In this document: piece after piece, positions 60,045 to 64,000 of the stretch | Numbering within the stretch: position 1 is the stretch's first letter | Layout: every line of letters begins with the position of its first letter | Assembly (NCBI GenBank): GCA_028825475.1 | Contig: JAPKAB010000009.1 | Location: forward strand, 16,638-80,637 | DNA length: 64,000 bases | Source: Ascidiaceihabitans sp. | GTDB lineage: Bacteria > Pseudomonadota > Alphaproteobacteria > Rhodobacterales > Rhodobacteraceae | Direction of reading: 5' to 3' | Position numbers and translations under genes: made by a program | The notes under the pieces: model-generated | The model's input: the letters and a program-made list of their open reading frames with translations, nothing else | Database searches by the model: none | Told to the model about the DNA's origin: nothing

Positions 60045-60493
60045 GTCTCTACATTGACGCGGATGCTTGCCCTGTAAAGGCCGAAGCCGAAAGGGTAGCA
60101 ACGCGTCACGCATGTAAGATGTTCGTAGTTTCAAACGGCGGCTTACGCCCTTCGGCCAATCCATTGGTCGAAACAGTAATTGTCGCCGATGGTCCTGACA
60201 TTGCGGATATGTGGATCGCAGATCGTTGTGGGCCAGGCGATGTCGTTGTCACAGGCGACATTCCATTGGCCGCAAAATGTGTTGAGGCTGGTGCCCGTGT
60301 TCTTAAACACAACGGCGAGGCATTGACCCAAGCCAACATTGGCAACATCCTTGCGACACGTGACTTAATGGCTGACCTACGCGCAGCAGATCCATTTCGC
60401 CAAGGCGGCGGCAAAGCATTTTCAAAGACGGACCGATCCCGGTTTTTAGAAGCACTTGAACGCGAACTGCGGGCTGCTGCGAAACAACAATAG
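60041..60493 (+). CDS. YaiI/YqxD family protein (UPF0178/DUF188)
   Basis: 150 aa. [11 protein letters not shown] and VTGDIPLAA are hallmarks of the family. Confidence 0.8.
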   Translation: MSLYIDADACPVKAEAERVATRHACKMFVVSNGGLRPSANPLVETVIVADGPDIADMWIADRCGPGDVVVTGDIPLAAKCVEAGARVLKHNGEALTQANIGNILATRDLMADLRAADPFRQGGGKAFSKTDRSRFLEALERELRAAAKQQ

Positions 60494-60503
60494 GAAGACC
60501 TCC

Positions 60504-61124
60504 ATGACAATCAAAGCCGTCGTTTTTGACATTGGGAATGTATTCATTGGCTGGCAACCCGAACAGTTTTTTGACAGCGTTATTGGCGAAGAACGCCGTC
60601 GCGGTTTTTTTGCCGCTGTTGATTTACACGGAATGAACGACCGGATTGATGCAGGGGCACCGTTCAAAGAGACGCTAGAGCAAACAGCAATAGACAACCC
60701 CGACTGGGCTAATGAATTACAAATCTGGCACGACCGTTGGATTGAAATGGCAGCCCCTTTAATCCCGCATTCAGAACGGCTGATGTATGCATTGCAGGCC
60801 AAAGGCATTTCAGTTTTCTCTCTAACGAACTTTGGTATTCAGACTTACGATCTGGCGGCAAAGACATACCCGTTCATGCGGAAATTTGACCGTGATTTTA
60901 TCTCTGGTCATATGGGTGTCATCAAACCAGCCGCATTGATTTACCAAATGCTCGAAGATGGTTCTGGTTTGTCTGGCGACGAATTGATCTTTGCGGATGA
61001 TCGCACCGACAACATCGTCGCCGCCGATGCACGCGGTTGGAAAACGCATTTGTTTGAACACCCTCAGGGTTGGGCAAATCGCCTTGTGGCTGAAGGGCTA
61101 TTGACCGAAGCCGAAGCAAAATGA
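60504..61124 (+). CDS. HAD-superfamily hydrolase
   Basis: Motif I (VVFDIGNV), motif II (LTN) and a C-terminal FADD. Start is ATG 60504. Confidence 0.8.
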   Translation: MTIKAVVFDIGNVFIGWQPEQFFDSVIGEERRRGFFAAVDLHGMNDRIDAGAPFKETLEQTAIDNPDWANELQIWHDRWIEMAAPLIPHSERLMYALQAKGISVFSLTNFGIQTYDLAAKTYPFMRKFDRDFISGHMGVIKPAALIYQMLEDGSGLSGDELIFADDRTDNIVAADARGWKTHLFEHPQGWANRLVAEGLLTEAEAK

Positions 61125-62041
61125 CCGCTGTTCCGTTTATACCATTTGAAGAGGGAGAAGCGCTCCTTGGCTGGATTGGCTTAACCGATGCGTTAGCTGC
61201 AGGGCACAACCGACCCAAAGCAGAAATTGGAGACACATTCTTGTATCGTGGCTCAGACACTTTACTAAGCCGCTCGGCTTGGATCGATGGACTAGGCATC
61301 GCCGTTAAGACCGCAACGATTTTTCCAAACAATCCATCTGCATCTAAACCGGTGGTCAACGGCGGCGTGAATTTGTACTCTGATACCGACGGTACTTTGG
61401 AAGCCATCGTTGATTTTCATCTCGTAACCAAATGGAAAACAGCTGGTGACAGCATAACGGCGGCACGCCGCCTCGCGCGTCCTGGCAGTCGTAACATTTT
61501 GATTGTAGGCGCAGGCACGGTAGGCCGCTCACTGCATGACGCATACAGCGCGGCCTTTCCAAACGCCCAGTTCACAGTCTGGAACCGCACAACAAAAAAC
61601 GCTGAGTTGATGGCAGTCGAACACCCCACACTTTCTGTTGCCACCGATTTAGAGCAGGCAGTGCGCAACGCAGACATCGTCACCTCCGCGACCATGTCGA
61701 CCAAACCATTAATCAAAGGCGAGTGGTTGCAAGCAGGCCAACACATCGACCTTATCGGCGCATACCGTCCAGACATGCGCGAAGTGGACGATGCAGCACT
61801 AAAGCGCTCACGCATTTTTGTAGACAGCCTAGACACAACTGTCGGGCACATCGGTGAAATTAAAATACCAATTGAGGCGGGCGCAATATCGGCCAACGAT
61901 ATCGTTGCAGACTACTACAATATTTCAAATTTCACCCGCCAGTCAGACGACGAAATTACTTTGTTCAAGAACGGTGGCGGTGCGCATCTCGATCTTATGA
62001 CCAGCCGATATATTTTGGATCGTTGGAGAGCCAAGCAGTGA
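61121..62041 (+). CDS. ornithine cyclodeaminase / mu-crystallin family protein
   Basis: Rossmann motif ILIVGAGTVG and overall OCD-family layout. Confidence 0.8.
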   Translation: MTAVPFIPFEEGEALLGWIGLTDALAAGHNRPKAEIGDTFLYRGSDTLLSRSAWIDGLGIAVKTATIFPNNPSASKPVVNGGVNLYSDTDGTLEAIVDFHLVTKWKTAGDSITAARRLARPGSRNILIVGAGTVGRSLHDAYSAAFPNAQFTVWNRTTKNAELMAVEHPTLSVATDLEQAVRNADIVTSATMSTKPLIKGEWLQAGQHIDLIGAYRPDMREVDDAALKRSRIFVDSLDTTVGHIGEIKIPIEAGAISANDIVADYYNISNFTRQSDDEITLFKNGGGAHLDLMTSRYILDRWRAKQ

Positions 62042-62961
62042 TGTGGAGCTGCTTGATATTAGGTGCCTTTATCGCAATCCCTTTGATGGTTGAACTGACG
62101 CGCAGCTCTATGAATTCGACTGTACGCGACACTGCCTCGGGTCAGTTCGCGCAGCTGTCACAGGGGATCACCCATTACGAATGGTTTGGCCCAGAACGCG
62201 GACCAATCGTTGTCTGCATTCACGGCTTAACAACTCCATCTATCATTTGGGACAGTTTATCAAAAGGCTTAGCATTGATGGGGTGCCGTGTTTTGACATA
62301 TGATTTATACGGTCGCGGGTACTCGGAAAGGCCACGAGGCAAACAGAACCAGGCTTTCTTTACACAACAGTTAAATGACCTTCTACGGCACGAAGACATC
62401 ACAGACAAAATTTCGATTGTTGGCTATTCAATGGGGGGTGCCATTGCTTCGGCTTTTGCAGCAACGCAGCCTGAACGTATCGGCCAATTGGTCTTATTGG
62501 CACCAGCCGGAATGGAAATTGTATCTGGAAAACTTGTGAAGTTCACCGTGGGTACACCAATTATTGGTGATTGGCTAATGCTGGCGCTCTACCCAAACGG
62601 ATTGCGTAAAGGCATTCAGGCAGAACGAAAACTGCCCACACATGTTCCCAGAATCTCTGATCAACAAGAACACGAGTTGCGCCATCGCGGTTTTGTACCT
62701 GCAGTGTTGTCTAGCTTGCGCGGATTGCTCAGCAAATCCCAGCAAGAGGAACACAACGCGATACACCATGCGGGTCTTCCGGTGCTGGCCATCTGGGGAC
62801 GCGACGATGCAGTAATCCCACTTACAGCCGCTGACACTCTAGGAAGCTGGTCACCAACGACAGTGCAAGTGATCGTAGACGATGCTGGCCATGGCTTGCC
62901 CTATACCCACGCAACGCAAGTGTTAGAAATTATTCGCAATGCTATGCCTGCACAAAGTTAA
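62041..62961 (+). CDS. alpha/beta hydrolase
   Basis: HG oxyanion motif (CIHGL), the nucleophile elbow GYSMGG and a C-terminal DAGHG. TGATG overlap with the upstream gene. Confidence 0.85.
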   Translation: MWSCLILGAFIAIPLMVELTRSSMNSTVRDTASGQFAQLSQGITHYEWFGPERGPIVVCIHGLTTPSIIWDSLSKGLALMGCRVLTYDLYGRGYSERPRGKQNQAFFTQQLNDLLRHEDITDKISIVGYSMGGAIASAFAATQPERIGQLVLLAPAGMEIVSGKLVKFTVGTPIIGDWLMLALYPNGLRKGIQAERKLPTHVPRISDQQEHELRHRGFVPAVLSSLRGLLSKSQQEEHNAIHHAGLPVLAIWGRDDAVIPLTAADTLGSWSPTTVQVIVDDAGHGLPYTHATQVLEIIRNAMPAQS

Positions 62962-64000
62962 GCGGCGACTGCAAGTGGGCGTTCGCGGATTGGCAGATGT
63001 ACAATCGCACTGAAGGCTCCTACCCCCACACCAATCCACCAAACAGCCGTATAATCGCCGTACATATCGTAAAGGCGACCGCCCAACCAAACGCCAAGGA
63101 AACTACCCAACTGGTGACTGAAGAACACGATGCCATACAGCGTTCCCATATAACGAACACCGTAAATGTGTGCGACCAAACCAGACGTTAACGGCACCGT
63201 TGCCAACCAGAGTGAGCCCATCGCCACTGAAAAAATAACAACTGAAAGCGGCGTAATAGGAAGCAAGATAAACAATCCTGCAATGATTGTTCGACCTAGA
63301 TATACACCCGCCAAAAGATGCTTTTTGGAGTATCGATTGCCAGCCCACCCAGCAGCCAAAGTACCAAAAATGTTAGCCGCACCGATCAATGAAATTGCGA
63401 TTGCACCCAATGCAGGTGTCGTTGTGATACCCATGCTATGCAGCACACCACCGGCCATGATCGGACCACACATTTCAGTCACAAATGCTGGGAAATGCGC
63501 CGTGATAAATCCTAACTGATAGCCACAAGAAAAGAACCCTAGAAAGATCAACGTATATGATGGGTCCTTGAACGCTTTGATCAAAATCTTGCCAAGGCTT
63601 TCTTCTAATTCCGCTTTGCTTACCATCACCGGTGCACGCATCAGTGGCAGTGCTAGTATCAAGGAAACGATTGCGGCAGCGAAAACCATGAAAACCGATT
63701 GCCATGTCATCAGTGTCATCAAATACTCAGCCAAAGGCGCACCAAACACCTGTCCAACACTGCCGGCTGCAGTAGCAATGGCCAAAGACATCGATCGGTT
63801 TTCATCCGAAGACGCACGGCCAACAATCGCCAAGATCACACCAAAACCCGTACCTGCAATCCCAAACCCAACAAGCCACGCATAGGCTTGATGCTCACCC
63901 GGCGTCACACCATTGGCGGACATCACCATGCCCAGTGCGTATACAAGCGCGCCGATAATGATGGCTTTGCGATCACCAATCTTTTCCGCAATGGCCCCGA
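62958..64000 (-). CDS. MFS transporter (5' end lies beyond the window)
   Basis: The frame stays open upstream of the track's Met at 63929 to the window edge. It reads ...GAIAEKIGDRKAIIIGALVYALGMVMS, which contains the MFS loop 2-3 motif. The product is polytopic. Confidence 0.8.
   Translation of the reverse strand, partial: GAIAEKIGDRKAIIIGALVYALGMVMSANGVTPGEHQAYAWLVGFGIAGTGFGVILAIVGRASSDENRSMSLAIATAAGSVGQVFGAPLAEYLMTLMTWQSVFMVFAAAIVSLILALPLMRAPVMVSKAELEESLGKILIKAFKDPSYTLIFLGFFSCGYQLGFITAHFPAFVTEMCGPIMAGGVLHSMGITTTPALGAIAISLIGAANIFGTLAAGWAGNRYSKKHLLAGVYLGRTIIAGLFILLPITPLSVVIFSVAMGSLWLATVPLTSGLVAHIYGVRYMGTLYGIVFFSHQLGSFLGVWLGGRLYDMYGDYTAVWWIGVGVGAFSAIVHLPIRERPLAVAA

Overview
The window is a dense run of mostly core chromosomal genes from an alphaproteobacterium. 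Gene content suggests Rhodobacterales (roseobacter type): ccrM, a Rhodobacter-type porin, DUF2125, DUF3576-leuS-lptE-holA, and a CenR-like regulator. I call about 66 protein-coding genes. They include ftsK, lolA, leuS-lptE-holA, an LPS cluster (pmbA, an IMPase-family gene, waaA, lpxK), mutY, alkB, ccrM-rnhB, asd, a beta-carbonic anhydrase, paaI-paaK, fghA, sthA and several transporters. I found no rRNA, tRNA, CRISPR array, transposase or integrase. The ORF track counts GTG and TTG as starts and often over-extends N-termini, so I corrected several starts using Shine-Dalgarno context and family-typical N-termini. Only two places look accessory or unexplained. (1) A 1.7-kb two-gene module splits the normally adjacent ftsK-lolA pair. 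It has a small beta-rich protein resembling the RcGTA head-spike base family, coupled to a 413-aa mosaic ORF with a phage-fibre or beta-helix-like N-terminus, a coiled coil and a polysaccharide-export-type SLBB C-terminus. (2) A divergent three-gene cluster at 44.4-46.0 kb encodes a basic Cys-repeat exported protein, a small periplasmic protein and a 2-TM protein with a C-terminal OmpR-type winged helix. Its intergenic region carries an 18-bp direct repeat plus an inverted repeat that looks like an operator. Smaller observations are an orphan STAS/anti-sigma-kinase pair, three GANTC sites upstream of ccrM, an orphan alkB and a few palindromes and hairpins. All functional calls come from reading the translated ORFs and recalling family motifs. 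No database search was run.
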